DNA of 49,852 bases from an uncultured Ruminococcus sp. (GCA_964438725.1 CAYTLG010000001.1:1-49852), one strand, 5' to 3'; shown: positions 1-10,001, counted from the stretch's first letter. Numbers and translations are program-made. The notes: a model not told the origin generated them from the sequence alone.

Positions 1-2
1 GC

Positions 3-920
3 TTCTCTACCGTTCGTGACCACAGTGGAAAACGTCAAGTAAATCTTTGGGAAAACGAGATTCACCCGTCCGAACATTTTTCACCGGAAATCAGAGCGGA
101 AATGAAAGCGGGTGAGGAATACATCAAAACGCATATTTCCGCCGTCCACAGAATAAAATCGCACGACGGACTTACCCTGACTGCCCATTCGGTTGAACCT
201 AAATCCCCCACCGCAGTCGTTATTATGTCACACGGCTACCGCTCACACGCAGTAAATGATTTCTCATGTGCGGTCGAGTTCATGAACAAGTGCGGATTTG
301 CATGCTTCCTCATTGACCAGCGTGCTCACGGTTACAGCGAGGGTGAAAAAATCGGATTCGGAGCGTTGGAAAAGCAGGATATCGTCCGCTGGTGTGCGTA
401 TGTAAGCGAACACTACGACCTTCCGATAATACTGGACGGTGTTTCTATGGGTTCGTCCATACTCATGATGGGTGGTGAAGTCGGATATCCCGATGCGGTC
501 AAGGCGTTGATATGCGACTGTGGATACTCAAGTCAGGCTGACATATGCAAGCTGACTATGAAAAAATGGTTCTCACTTCCCCCATTTCCGATTTATTACA
601 TGGCGAAGCTGTTCATCAGACTGTTCGCAGGCTATGACCTTGGCAAAACCACAACCGAAAAAGGACTTCTTGAGATACGCAGACGTGGTATTCCTACCCT
701 TATCGCACATGGAGACGCAGACGATTTTGTACCGTATGCAATGAGCAAACAAAACTATGCAGTTTTAGAGGGTGCAAAAACGGAAAAAGGCGAGCCTCTT
801 GCAGAATTATTCACGGCGGCAGGTGCTTCTCACGGACTTTCGTTCCTTGTGGATAAAAACGGATATATCGACGCATTATACCGACTTTTCGACAAGGCAG
901 GCATAGAATATCACCGATAA
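3..920 (+). CDS. alpha/beta hydrolase (S33-like serine hydrolase); N-terminus probably left of the window
   Basis: Motifs HGYRSH (HG oxyanion region), GVSMGSS (GxSxG nucleophile elbow), AHGDADDFVP and GASHG. The frame is open from nt 3 to the first ATG at 102, so the true start is likely outside the window. Confidence 0.8.
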   Translation, partial: FSTVRDHSGKRQVNLWENEIHPSEHFSPEIRAEMKAGEEYIKTHISAVHRIKSHDGLTLTAHSVEPKSPTAVVIMSHGYRSHAVNDFSCAVEFMNKCGFACFLIDQRAHGYSEGEKIGFGALEKQDIVRWCAYVSEHYDLPIILDGVSMGSSILMMGGEVGYPDAVKALICDCGYSSQADICKLTMKKWFSLPPFPIYYMAKLFIRLFAGYDLGKTTTEKGLLEIRRRGIPTLIAHGDADDFVPYAMSKQNYAVLEGAKTEKGEPLAELFTAAGASHGLSFLVDKNGYIDALYRLFDKAGIEYHR

Positions 921-927
921 TTGCCGA

Positions 928-1038
928 TTATACACGTTTTTCGCATGATACACATTTGACTTTTGCAAAATGTTTTGAACAGCCTGTGGAAAACCGTGTT
1001 GATAACTACTTTTCAAGCCCGTATTAACCTGTGGAAAA
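928..1038. promoter_or_regulatory. cluster of five DnaA-box-like 9-mers in a convergent intergenic region
   Basis: Versus TTATCCACA: TTATACACG (928-936, 7/9), TGATACACA (946-954, 7/9), TGTGGAAAA (985-993, rc TTTTCCACA, 8/9), TGTTGATAA (997-1005, rc TTATCAACA, 8/9), TGTGGAAAA (1030-1038, 8/9). The 12-mer CCTGTGGAAAAC is repeated exactly at 983 and 1028. Confidence 0.4.
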
Positions 1039-1075
1039 CTATCGGCAAAATCAAGCAATTCAGCAATATAAACGA

Positions 1076-1125
1076 CAAAAACCGAGGACGGAGCGTTCTT
1101 TTCGATAGCTTCATTCTCGGTTTTT
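1076..1125. terminator. possible bidirectional intrinsic terminator between convergent genes
   Basis: ACCGAG (1081-1086) pairs with CTCGGT (1116-1121), flanked by an A-run (1076-1080) and a T-run (1121-1125). The loop is large, so this is a weak call. Confidence 0.4.
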
Positions 1126-1147
1126 ATTCATTCTATACCTGAAATAT

Positions 1148-2275
1148 TCAGTTTTTCACGTGTTTTCCGTAGGATGTTCTGTATAACTCCTCAAGTTGAC
1201 GTGTCATTGCGGCAGCGGTAAACTTTTTCTCGTACATTTCGTATGCACCGTTTGACAATTTGTCGAGAAGTGACGGAGAGTCTATGATTTCACATATTTT
1301 CTCTGCCATTTTCTGTGGGTCACGTTCGGGTACGAGGAAGCCGTTCACGCCATCGGTTATCATATACGGATTTCCGCCATACGTAGTTGCGACCGCCGGA
1401 ACGGAAAGGCTCATTCCCTCCGAGAGTGCGAGTGACGAAGTTTCCGTACCGATCGAGCAATTGAGATTCAGGTGCATGATGTTATAATACGGTGCAACGT
1501 CATTTACAAAGCCTGTAAATATCACCTTATCGGAAATTCCAAGCTCAACTGCCCTTTTGCGAAGGTTTTCTTCCTCAGTTCCGCCGCCGATTATGAGAAA
1601 TACGGTATCGGGATGCTTTTCCGCAACGATTTTCGCAGATTCAAGCAGGTAGCGATGTCCTTTATATTCCTCAAGTCTTGCTGAAATTCCGCAGACAAAG
1701 GTATTTTCACCGATTCCGAGTGATTTTTTCAGCTCTGCGTTTTCGGTTTCGGTAGTTTTTCGCATTTTTTCGACACCGTTTATTATGACGGTTATCTTTT
1801 TCGGAGAAACTCCCGTATCGGTCAGGTTTTCAGCTGCGGCTTTTGCAACTGCAACGATATCCGTGGCAAGCGTGTTATTGACAAATCCGTTCAGCTGTTT
1901 TCCCGGAAATGTCGTCAGCTTTTTCGACTGCGGAAACGCACAATGTCTGGTATAAAAGCGACACGGTACTCCGCACATGAACGCCGCAAGTTTTCCCGAA
2001 AACGAAGAATGTGTATGGACTATATCTGGCTTCCAGTCACGTATAATTTTACAGATATCACCATATGCGACCTTATCGAAGCTCTTGTCCGCACCACCGT
2101 TCATTTCCAAAACCTCCCAGCCCTCGTTTTCCACGCACGGTTTAAGCTGAGAATTTTTCGGAAGCACGACCTTTACATCGAACTCATTACGGTCGAAATT
2201 GTGGAGATAATTGACAAGCAGACGACCTGCCCCACCGATATTGGTATCAGTCAGGACGTTCAGGACTTTTATCAT
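1148..2275 (-). CDS. glycosyltransferase family 4 (GT-B fold)
   Basis: 375 aa. N-terminal MIKVLNVLTDTNIGGAGR and C-terminal GTETSSLALSEGMSLSVPAVAT...GFLV are typical of GT4 enzymes. An ATGA start/stop overlap with murJ at 2272-2275 suggests an operon. Confidence 0.8.
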   Translation of the reverse strand: MIKVLNVLTDTNIGGAGRLLVNYLHNFDRNEFDVKVVLPKNSQLKPCVENEGWEVLEMNGGADKSFDKVAYGDICKIIRDWKPDIVHTHSSFSGKLAAFMCGVPCRFYTRHCAFPQSKKLTTFPGKQLNGFVNNTLATDIVAVAKAAAENLTDTGVSPKKITVIINGVEKMRKTTETENAELKKSLGIGENTFVCGISARLEEYKGHRYLLESAKIVAEKHPDTVFLIIGGGTEEENLRKRAVELGISDKVIFTGFVNDVAPYYNIMHLNLNCSIGTETSSLALSEGMSLSVPAVATTYGGNPYMITDGVNGFLVPERDPQKMAEKICEIIDSPSLLDKLSNGAYEMYEKKFTAAAMTRQLEELYRTSYGKHVKN

Positions 2276-3828
2276 GGCACACGCTCTCCTTTCACGAGTT
2301 TTGATTTTACAAACTTTATTGCAAGGGACATTTCTTCACTGCGGAGTATCAGGGTTACGACAGCATATACCGCCATTCCAAGCACGGTCGGAACTACAAG
2401 TGCGGTGAGCTTACCGTTTATTGGTATATATCTTGTGAAAACTACTATTACCGCACCCATTATGAGAGCCGACACGATGGACTTAACAAAATCCACCACG
2501 TCTGCTTTCATGGGTGTAACATACTTACGCTTAACTGCGAAAATGAGGTTGAGCGACATATTCACGGCAGAAACAGCGGAGGTTACAAGAGCCACACCGC
2601 CCGTTGTTAATCTATCGCCGAGCAGAGTTACCAACACCACATTAACAAGCATTGCAATAATTGCCGAGAACATGGGGATTTTATTATCCTCTGCGGCGAA
2701 AAATGACTTTGTGAGAATTTCCGTTATCGCTGCAAACACCATTCCGACGGCATAACAGGTGAGTGCTTCTGCCGTGAGCAAGGTATCGGAGTGAGTGAAG
2801 CTGCCGTTTTCGTAGATAAGTGCGATAAACGGCTCTGCCAACACTGCGACCCCGACTGAGATAGGAGCGATTATAAACGTAAGTGTGCGTATGGAAACTC
2901 TTGTAAGTCGGTCAGTTTCACTTGCGTTTCCCTCTGCCGTAGATTTGGAAAAATACGGGAACAGCAGGTTTGTTGCAACGAACGAAAACAGACCAACTAT
3001 GATTATATACAGCTTATTCGCGTAGCCGAGAGCGGTTATTGCACGTCCGTTTTCGATACCAGATGCAATTCTCGTATTGATAAGGCTGCACAGCGGAGTT
3101 GTCCAGGTTGCAAGGAGAATCGGAACGATGTTTTTTGCGGCTCGCTTTATGTCGGGAGTGTTTATCTTCGCACGGAAAGAAAACCGCATTCCCTTTTTCA
3201 GTGAGGTCGGGAGCTGAACGAGAGCCTGCATTGCCCAGCCGATAAGGAGAGCAACGGAAAGTCCGTACACGCTGTATTTATCCGAAAGGGTCAGAAGATA
3301 CACACACATTATGACGTTTGAGGTCAGCGATATTACCGCCGGCAGGTCGTATTCACCCTCGGACTGCAAAAATCCGACAAAGGAAAACGCAAGTCCGACA
3401 AATATGACCATCGGGAACATGACACGGGTGAGAGTTACCGAAAGTGCGGCGGTCTCTGCGGACAACTCGGGGGCAATAAGTGAGACAAGAAGCGGTGCAA
3501 ATACCTCTCCAATCACGGTTATAGCCGTAGTTATAATGAGGATGAGGTTTATATATGACGAAAGGAACGACAGAGCCTCCTTTTTGCCCCTTTTTACGGA
3601 GATTGAGTTATATATCGGGATGAAAGCCGAGGTAACGACACCACCCAATATAAAATCAAATATGGTAATCGGGAGCTTTGAGGCAGTTTCATATGCTATG
3701 GCAAGCTCACTTGTGCCAAACTCACGCGCAATAAGCACATCACGCACAAGACCCATAACCTTGGAAGCGAGGATTATCATCCCCATCAAAAACGCAGAAA
3801 ACGCAAACGAACGATTTTTCTTCAACAT
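2272..3828 (-). CDS. murJ: lipid II flippase MurJ (MviN family)
   Basis: 518-aa polytopic membrane protein. The N-terminal SKVMGLVRDVLIAREFGTSELAIAYETASKLP matches the MurJ signature region. Confidence 0.85.
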   Translation of the reverse strand: MLKKNRSFAFSAFLMGMIILASKVMGLVRDVLIAREFGTSELAIAYETASKLPITIFDFILGGVVTSAFIPIYNSISVKRGKKEALSFLSSYINLILIITTAITVIGEVFAPLLVSLIAPELSAETAALSVTLTRVMFPMVIFVGLAFSFVGFLQSEGEYDLPAVISLTSNVIMCVYLLTLSDKYSVYGLSVALLIGWAMQALVQLPTSLKKGMRFSFRAKINTPDIKRAAKNIVPILLATWTTPLCSLINTRIASGIENGRAITALGYANKLYIIIVGLFSFVATNLLFPYFSKSTAEGNASETDRLTRVSIRTLTFIIAPISVGVAVLAEPFIALIYENGSFTHSDTLLTAEALTCYAVGMVFAAITEILTKSFFAAEDNKIPMFSAIIAMLVNVVLVTLLGDRLTTGGVALVTSAVSAVNMSLNLIFAVKRKYVTPMKADVVDFVKSIVSALIMGAVIVVFTRYIPINGKLTALVVPTVLGMAVYAVVTLILRSEEMSLAIKFVKSKLVKGERVP

Positions 3829-3835
3829 TAACTCC

Positions 3836-5071
3836 TTATACTATCTGGAAAAGATAGAACTTCAGGTAGTCGGTTTCGGGGACGTTCCAAAGTATCGGAT
3901 GATCGGGGGACTGGGTACGTGCTTCTATCTGTCTGAGGCTTACTCCTGCATCATGTGATGCATCGGCAAGCATTTTTCTGAAAAGGTCATCACGCATGAA
4001 GTGGGAGCAGGAGCAGGTTGCAAGGTATCCACCTCTCGGCAGGCACTTCATGGCACGAAAGTTTATATCCTTATATCCACGGTAGGCATCCTTGACGGTT
4101 GCGGAGGATTTTGTGAAAGCGGGCGGGTCGAGTATGATGAAGTCGTACTTTTTTTCTTTTGACTTCGCCATTTCCGTGAGAAGTGCAAACACATCCGTGC
4201 AAAGGAAGTCCATGTTATCCTCAAGTGAGTTGAGAGCGGTATTTTTCTTTACCTGTTCGATAGCGAGTGGGGATATATCGACAGCCGTAACGCTTTTTGC
4301 CCCTGCATATGCACAGTTGAGGGCGAAAGCTCCCGTATGGGTGAAGCAGTCGAGGACTACTCTGTCCTTTGCAAGTCGGGCTGCCGCCAGTCTGTTGTAC
4401 TTCTGGTCGAGGAAGAAGCCGGTTTTCTGTCCTTCGATATAGTCAACGTCGTATTTTATGCCATTTTCGGATATCTGAACATGACCGTTTACGTCCTCAT
4501 CAGCCTTAAAGTAGTAGTCCTTATACTCCTGCATACCCTCTTTTGTCCGGAGGTTCACGTCGTTGCGTTCGTAGATAGCTTTTACGTTTATTCCGTATTC
4601 GGGGAGAAGTTCGAGAAGTGCGGAGAAAATAACATCCTTCACACGCTCGATACCGAGAGAAAGCACCTGAGTTACAAGTATGCTCTCGAAAAGATCTACC
4701 GTAAGTCCGGGGAACATATCCGCTTCACCGAAAATAAGTCTGCACGAATGGAAGTCGTCACACATTACGGTTTTACGGTAATCGAGGGCATATTTCACAC
4801 GTCTTTTCCAAAAATCGGAATCGAAGCGGTCGTTGGCGTTGGTGGAGATGAGTCGTACTCTTATCTTGGAGTTTGAGTTGTAAAAGCCCGTACCGATGTA
4901 GCACGGCTTATCCTCTGTTCGTGAGAATACGTTGACGAGGGTTCCGTCCTCTATCTCTGTACCGTCCTGAGGGATGACCTTTACGACCTCTCCCTCAAAC
5001 ACCCACGGATGACCGCCCTTTGCGTGAAGCTCACCCTTTTTTGTTATAAATATTTTTGCAAAGTCCTGCAT
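3836..5071 (-). CDS. class I SAM-dependent rRNA methyltransferase with PUA-like N-domain (RlmI-like)
   Basis: GGHPWVFEGEV PUA-like start, and a SAM fold with VLDCFTHTGAFAL and IILDPPAF. I moved the start to ATG 5071 (MQDFAKIF) because the tracked 27-aa extension overlaps valS, whose stop is at 5073. Confidence 0.8.
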   Translation of the reverse strand: MQDFAKIFITKKGELHAKGGHPWVFEGEVVKVIPQDGTEIEDGTLVNVFSRTEDKPCYIGTGFYNSNSKIRVRLISTNANDRFDSDFWKRRVKYALDYRKTVMCDDFHSCRLIFGEADMFPGLTVDLFESILVTQVLSLGIERVKDVIFSALLELLPEYGINVKAIYERNDVNLRTKEGMQEYKDYYFKADEDVNGHVQISENGIKYDVDYIEGQKTGFFLDQKYNRLAAARLAKDRVVLDCFTHTGAFALNCAYAGAKSVTAVDISPLAIEQVKKNTALNSLEDNMDFLCTDVFALLTEMAKSKEKKYDFIILDPPAFTKSSATVKDAYRGYKDINFRAMKCLPRGGYLATCSCSHFMRDDLFRKMLADASHDAGVSLRQIEARTQSPDHPILWNVPETDYLKFYLFQIV

Positions 5072-5072
5072 A

Positions 5073-7691
5073 TCAGCCCAGTTTAGCGATAGCTTCCTTA
5101 ATGGAGTCACGCTTTTCCTTGTATTTTTCGAGCTTTGCCTTTTCAGCTTCAACTACTTCTGCGGGAGCACGGCTTACGAAGCCTGCGTTGGAGAGCTTAC
5201 CCTCAGCACGCTTGATTTCGCTTTCCATCTGAGCAAGTTCCTTATTAAGTCTTGCCTTTTCAGCCTCAAAGTCAACGAGGTCACCGAGCGGAATGTGGAT
5301 TGTAGCGGAGTCTGTGATTATCTTTACCGCATTTTCGTCCGCATAGTCGGAAACTATTTCGAGAGATGCGGCAGATGCGAGCTTTTCAAAGAATGCTGCG
5401 GAGGAAGCAAAGGTTTCGGGATACTTTGTTTCAACATAGAGCTTTGCCTTACGTGAGGGAACAACGCCCATTTCCGCACGACGAACACGGATAGCCTTGA
5501 TAGCGTCGATGATGCGGTTCATGTCTTCCTCAGCGGCGGTGAATACGAATGCTTCATCATATTTGGGGAAGTCCTTTGTCATGATGTAGCCTTCTTCGCC
5601 GGGGAGTGAGGAGTAAATTTCCTCTGTGATAAAGGGCATGAACGGATGGAGGAGCTTGAGTGTCTCACGGAGAACGTATGCGAGAGTGTTCTGAGCTGTC
5701 TCGCCTCTTTCACCGCCTGCGGAAACTGAGGTCTTTGTAAGCTCAATGTACCAGTCGCAGTAGCAGTCCCAAAGGAAGTCGTAAATGGAAGTAAGAGCAA
5801 CGCCGATTTCGTACTTGTCGAGGTTGGTGTTAACGCTCTTAATGCAATCCTCAAGACGTGTGAGTATCCACTTGTCCTCGATAGCGAGCTTTTCGGGGTC
5901 GGGCTTCTTGATTTCGTCTATGGTGAGGTTCATCATAACGAAACGAGCCGCATTCCAGAGCTTGTTTGCGAAGTTACGGGCAGCTTCTATCTTTTCATCG
6001 GAGAAACGCATATCGTTACCTGCACTGTTACCGGAGGCAAGAGCGAAACGGAGAGCGTCTGCACCGTATTTGTCAATGATTTCAAGCGGGTCTATACCGT
6101 TGCCGAGGGATTTTGACATCTTTCTTCCCTGTGCGTCACGAACAAGACCGTGGATGAGAACTGTATCGAACGGAGTCTCGCCCATGTATTCGAGTGAGGA
6201 GAAAATCATTCTCGATACCCAGAACGTGATGATATCATAGCCTGTAACGAGTGTGCTTGTCGGGAAGAAGAAGTCGAGGTCGTCTGTCTTTTCGGGCCAA
6301 CCGAGAGTAGAGAACGGCCAGAGAGCGGATGAGAACCAGGTATCAAGTGTATCCGCATCCTGAGTCATGTGACCGCCGCACTTCGGGCAAACAGTCATAT
6401 CCTCACGTGAAACCTCCATGTGTCCGCATTCATCACAATAGAACGCAGGGATTCTGTGACCCCACCAGAGCTGACGGGAGATACACCAGTCCTGAGTATT
6501 TTCCATCCAGTGGAAGTAGTTCTTGTCGAATCTTTCGGGAACGAAGCGTGTTTTACCCTCACGAACAGCCTTAACTGCCGGTTCTGCAAGGGGTTCCATA
6601 CGAACGAACCACTGGAGAGATACCATAGGTTCAATTGTGGTTCCGCAACGGTAGCAGGTACCTACTTCGTGGTTGAGATCCTCAATTTCGCAGAGATAAC
6701 CGCCAGCTCTGAGGTCTTCAACGATAGCCTTACGAGCTTCGTATCTATCCATACCTGCGTACTTAGGATAGTTTTCTGTAATCTTTGCATCGGGAGTTAA
6801 GCAAACCTCCATGGGAAGGTGCTGTCTCTTACCAACCTCAAAGTCGTTCGGGTCGTGTGCGGGAGTGATTTTAACGCAGCCCGTACCCTTGTCGAGCTGT
6901 GCGTGTTCGTCCGCTACTATCGGAATACGTCTGCCTACGAGAGGAAGAGTAACGTACTTGCCGATGAGGTGCTTATAACGTTCGTCGTTCGGGTTTACGG
7001 CAACGGCTGTATCACCGAGAAGAGTTTCGGGACGTGTGGTAGCGACCTCAACAAATCCGCCGCCACCTACGAGAGGATAACGGATGTGCCAGAAATGGCT
7101 TGCCTGTTCGCTGTAATCAACCTCTGCATTGGAGATAGAGGTCTTGCAGTGAGGACACCAGTTGATGATTCTCTCGCCACGGTAGATAAGACCCTTTTCG
7201 TAAAGTCTGTTGAATACCTCACGAACCGCCTTGGAGCAACCCTCGTCCATAGTGAAGCGTTCACGAGACCAGTCGCAGGAGGAGCCTATCTTCTTGAGCT
7301 GGGAAACGATACGACCGCCGTACTGTTCTTTCCAGTCCCATGCTCTCTCAAGGAACTTTTCACGTCCGAGGTCTTCCTTTGTGAGTCCTTCCTTACGCAT
7401 AGCCTCAACGATTTTAGCTTCGGTAGCTATGGAAGCGTGGTCTGTACCGGGAACCCAAAGAGTACAGAAGCCGTGCATTCTCTTGTATCTTACAAGGATA
7501 TCCTGAAGTGTGTTGTCGAGAGCATGACCCATGTGAAGCTGACCTGTGATGTTCGGCGGAGGCATAACGATGGAGTAGCTGGGCTTAGACTTGTCTATTG
7601 TGGGAGTAAAGAGCTTGTTGTCGCACCATTCTTTATAGATACGATCCTCAAACTCGGTAGGAGAATAGGTTTTTGGGAGTTCTTTTCTCAT
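5073..7691 (-). CDS. valS: valine--tRNA ligase
   Basis: 872 aa with the class I motifs PNITGQLHMGHA (HIGH) and KMSKS and a C-terminal coiled coil. It is preceded by a T-box leader with a GUA specifier. Confidence 0.97.
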   Translation of the reverse strand: MRKELPKTYSPTEFEDRIYKEWCDNKLFTPTIDKSKPSYSIVMPPPNITGQLHMGHALDNTLQDILVRYKRMHGFCTLWVPGTDHASIATEAKIVEAMRKEGLTKEDLGREKFLERAWDWKEQYGGRIVSQLKKIGSSCDWSRERFTMDEGCSKAVREVFNRLYEKGLIYRGERIINWCPHCKTSISNAEVDYSEQASHFWHIRYPLVGGGGFVEVATTRPETLLGDTAVAVNPNDERYKHLIGKYVTLPLVGRRIPIVADEHAQLDKGTGCVKITPAHDPNDFEVGKRQHLPMEVCLTPDAKITENYPKYAGMDRYEARKAIVEDLRAGGYLCEIEDLNHEVGTCYRCGTTIEPMVSLQWFVRMEPLAEPAVKAVREGKTRFVPERFDKNYFHWMENTQDWCISRQLWWGHRIPAFYCDECGHMEVSREDMTVCPKCGGHMTQDADTLDTWFSSALWPFSTLGWPEKTDDLDFFFPTSTLVTGYDIITFWVSRMIFSSLEYMGETPFDTVLIHGLVRDAQGRKMSKSLGNGIDPLEIIDKYGADALRFALASGNSAGNDMRFSDEKIEAARNFANKLWNAARFVMMNLTIDEIKKPDPEKLAIEDKWILTRLEDCIKSVNTNLDKYEIGVALTSIYDFLWDCYCDWYIELTKTSVSAGGERGETAQNTLAYVLRETLKLLHPFMPFITEEIYSSLPGEEGYIMTKDFPKYDEAFVFTAAEEDMNRIIDAIKAIRVRRAEMGVVPSRKAKLYVETKYPETFASSAAFFEKLASAASLEIVSDYADENAVKIITDSATIHIPLGDLVDFEAEKARLNKELAQMESEIKRAEGKLSNAGFVSRAPAEVVEAEKAKLEKYKEKRDSIKEAIAKLG

Positions 7692-7721
7692 GACTGAATC
7701 CTTTCAATGATGTTTTATAAA

Positions 7722-7990
7722 ACAAAAAAGCGTCCCTGACCGACAAAACGATCAACAGGACGCAGAAAAAAAGCGCGGTACCACCCGTGGTTCACCGAAA
7801 TAATCCGATGCACTCTGACCCTTAACGCGGGGGGATAAACGTCATGGACTGACGAAAAACACGTTTCGCCCATGAAGCTCGGAGACTACTTCACCTGAGT
7901 CGTACTATGGCGTTTCCAGCATCTGCCACTCTCTGTAAATCGTACTCAGACTACTTCTTCCCGTCGCAGCCTTTAATTATATTTTTTGAG
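7722..7990 (-). promoter_or_regulatory. T-box riboswitch leader (Val specifier) with intrinsic terminator
   Basis: On the minus strand the T-box sequence ACGGGTGGTACCGCGC is rc of about 7772-7789. Stem I elements AGAGAG and GCTGG are present. The specifier loop reads GAA-GUA-G, with GUA as rc of 7887-7889. The terminator is GCGTCCTG...CAGGGACGC plus a U-run (7763-7722). Confidence 0.9.
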
Positions 7991-7998
7991 TATGGTTT

Positions 7999-8027
7999 AT
8001 TATAGCACATTACACGTCAAATGTCAA
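7999..8027 (-). promoter_or_regulatory. sigma-A type promoter of the valS T-box leader
   Basis: On the minus strand: TTGACA (8027-8022), 17-nt spacer, TATAAT (8004-7999). Confidence 0.75.
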
Positions 8028-8086
8028 CAGAAATCTTATTAACAGCCATGTTACCGCTTTGTTACATTAAATTGATGTGCGTTCAC

Positions 8087-8115
8087 TTGCAAAGCGTGCC
8101 GATACATGATATAAT
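8087..8115 (+). promoter_or_regulatory. sigma-A type promoter of iorAB operon
   Basis: TTGCAA (8087-8092), 17-nt spacer, TATAAT (8110-8115), about 50 nt upstream of the iorA ATG. Confidence 0.65.
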
Positions 8116-8164
8116 ATAGGATGTAATAAAATAGCATTACTATATCCGAATCAAGGAGTTATCA

Positions 8165-9886
8165 ATGAAAAAACTTATGTTAGGAAACGAAGCTGCCGCA
8201 CGTGGTATCTACGAAGCAGGTGTACGCTTTGTTTCAAGCTATCCCGGAACACCCAGCACGGAAATTACCGAAAATACTGCTCTCTACACTGATATGTACA
8301 GCGAATGGGCACCGAATGAAAAGGTTGCATTTGAAGCTGCACTCGGTGCTTCTATCGGCGGCGGTCGTTCTTTCTGTGCTATGAAGCACGTTGGACTTAA
8401 TGTGGCAGCTGACCCCATGTTTGTTACCGCATACACAGGCGTTGGAGCCGGATTTGTCATCGGAGTAGCGGACGACCCCGGAATGCACTCCTCACAGAAC
8501 GAGCAGGACAGCCGTCACTACGCTATTTCCGCAAAGCTGCCTATGGTAGAGCCTGCAAACTCTGCTGAATGCCGTCAGTTCATGATTGAGGCATATGACC
8601 TCTCCGAAAAGTTCGACACACCTTTCCTTTTCAGACTTACCACACGTGTCAGCCACTCCCGTAATCCCGTTGAGGAAGGCGAAAGAGTTGAACACGAAGT
8701 ACTTCCCTACACAAAGGATGCCGCAAAGCACGTTATGATGCCCGGAAACGCAAAGAAGCGTCACATCGTGGTTGAAGAACACCTTGCCGCACTCCGTGAA
8801 TTTGCCGAAACCACCACCCTTAACAGAGTTGAAAAGAACGGCTCTGCGGTAGGTATCATCACTGCCGGTAACTGCTACAACTACGCAAAGGAAGCATTCG
8901 GCAAAAATGCGGACTACCTCAAGCTCGGTCTTATCAATCCTCTTCCGACAAAGCTCATTCTTGATTTTGCTGCGGAGCATGAGACTGTATACGTTATCGA
9001 GGAGCTTGACCCCGTTATCGAAAGTCACTGCAAATCCATCGGCGTAAATGTAATCGGCAAGGACGTTCTTCCCCTCTGCGATGAATACAGCGAACAGCTT
9101 CTCAAAGAGAGACTTCTCGGTGAAGAACCCGACTATGTTGAGCTTGGCTCTCCCATTCCGCCCCGTCCGCCCGTACTCTGCCCCGGATGTCCTCACAGAG
9201 GTGTGTTCTATACTCTCTCCAAGCTCGGACTCAGAGTATCCGGTGACATTGGCTGCTACACTCTCGGAGCAGTTGCTCCTCTTTCCGCTATCGACTCCGT
9301 ATACTGTATGGGTGCATCCATATCTTCACTCCACGGTACCGCAAAGGTAAGAGGCGAGGAGGACAAGTATGTTTCCGTTATCGGTGACTCCACCTTCATG
9401 CACAGCGGTATGACAGGACTTGTAAATGTAGTATACAACGGCGGCAAGACCACAAACATCATCCTTGACAACAGCATTACAGGTATGACAGGTCACCAGG
9501 ACAACCCCCTCACAGGCAGGACCCTCATGGGAAATGTTGCTCATAACCTCTGCCTTGAAGATATCTGTGCCGCACTCGGAATCGCACGTGAGCATATCCG
9601 TGTAGTTGACCCTGCCGACCTCAAGGCTCTTGAAGCCGTAATCAAAGAAGAGGTTGCTGCCGATTGTGCTTCCGTTATCATTGCACGCCGTCCTTGTGCG
9701 TTACTCAAGACTGCGGTAAAGAAGCCTGCTCTTGAAGTTGACCACGATAAGTGCGTAGGCTGTAAGTCCTGCATGAAGATAGGCTGCCCCTGCATTTCCA
9801 TCGTTGACAAAAAGGCTGTCATTGACAAAACAATGTGCGTAGGCTGCGGACTCTGCTCACAGATGTGCAAGCTCGGTGCGTTATAA
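8165..9886 (+). CDS. iorA: indolepyruvate:ferredoxin oxidoreductase subunit alpha
   Basis: 573 aa. TPP-binding GDSTFMHSG and two C-terminal ferredoxin motifs, CVGCKSCMKIGCP and CVGCGLCSQMC. It is followed by the small beta subunit. Confidence 0.9.
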   Translation: MKKLMLGNEAAARGIYEAGVRFVSSYPGTPSTEITENTALYTDMYSEWAPNEKVAFEAALGASIGGGRSFCAMKHVGLNVAADPMFVTAYTGVGAGFVIGVADDPGMHSSQNEQDSRHYAISAKLPMVEPANSAECRQFMIEAYDLSEKFDTPFLFRLTTRVSHSRNPVEEGERVEHEVLPYTKDAAKHVMMPGNAKKRHIVVEEHLAALREFAETTTLNRVEKNGSAVGIITAGNCYNYAKEAFGKNADYLKLGLINPLPTKLILDFAAEHETVYVIEELDPVIESHCKSIGVNVIGKDVLPLCDEYSEQLLKERLLGEEPDYVELGSPIPPRPPVLCPGCPHRGVFYTLSKLGLRVSGDIGCYTLGAVAPLSAIDSVYCMGASISSLHGTAKVRGEEDKYVSVIGDSTFMHSGMTGLVNVVYNGGKTTNIILDNSITGMTGHQDNPLTGRTLMGNVAHNLCLEDICAALGIAREHIRVVDPADLKALEAVIKEEVAADCASVIIARRPCALLKTAVKKPALEVDHDKCVGCKSCMKIGCPCISIVDKKAVIDKTMCVGCGLCSQMCKLGAL

Positions 9887-10001
9887 TCATACCGAACGCT
9901 CAATAACAAAAACATCATACGGAGACGGGATTGTCTTATTTTGACTGCCCGTTTCGGTTTTCCGATTATTTACTTATTTATACATAACAGGTTGGTATAT
10001 T

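Noticed and set aside
876-1058. 60-aa minus-strand ORF across the DnaA-box-like cluster
   Set aside because: It is at minimal length and has no RBS. It overlaps the 3' end of the hydrolase gene. The region is better explained as non-coding with repeated 9-mers.
1943-2755. 270-aa plus-strand ORF spanning the GT4/murJ junction
   Set aside because: It is antisense to two well-supported genes and crosses their ATGA junction. The composition is typical of a shadow frame.
6401-6416. parS-like ATCCTCACGTGAAACC inside valS (also TTTTTCACGTGTTTTC at 1152-1167)
   Set aside because: Only the central CACGTGAAAC or one half-site matches, giving 5 or more mismatches to the 16-mer. That is beyond what known functional parS sites tolerate, so these are likely chance matches.
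6819-7697. 292-aa plus-strand ORF (and 5785-6240, 6420-6800, 7210-7506) antisense to valS
   Set aside because: These are shadow ORFs inside an unambiguous valS gene, with no motifs and no translation signals.
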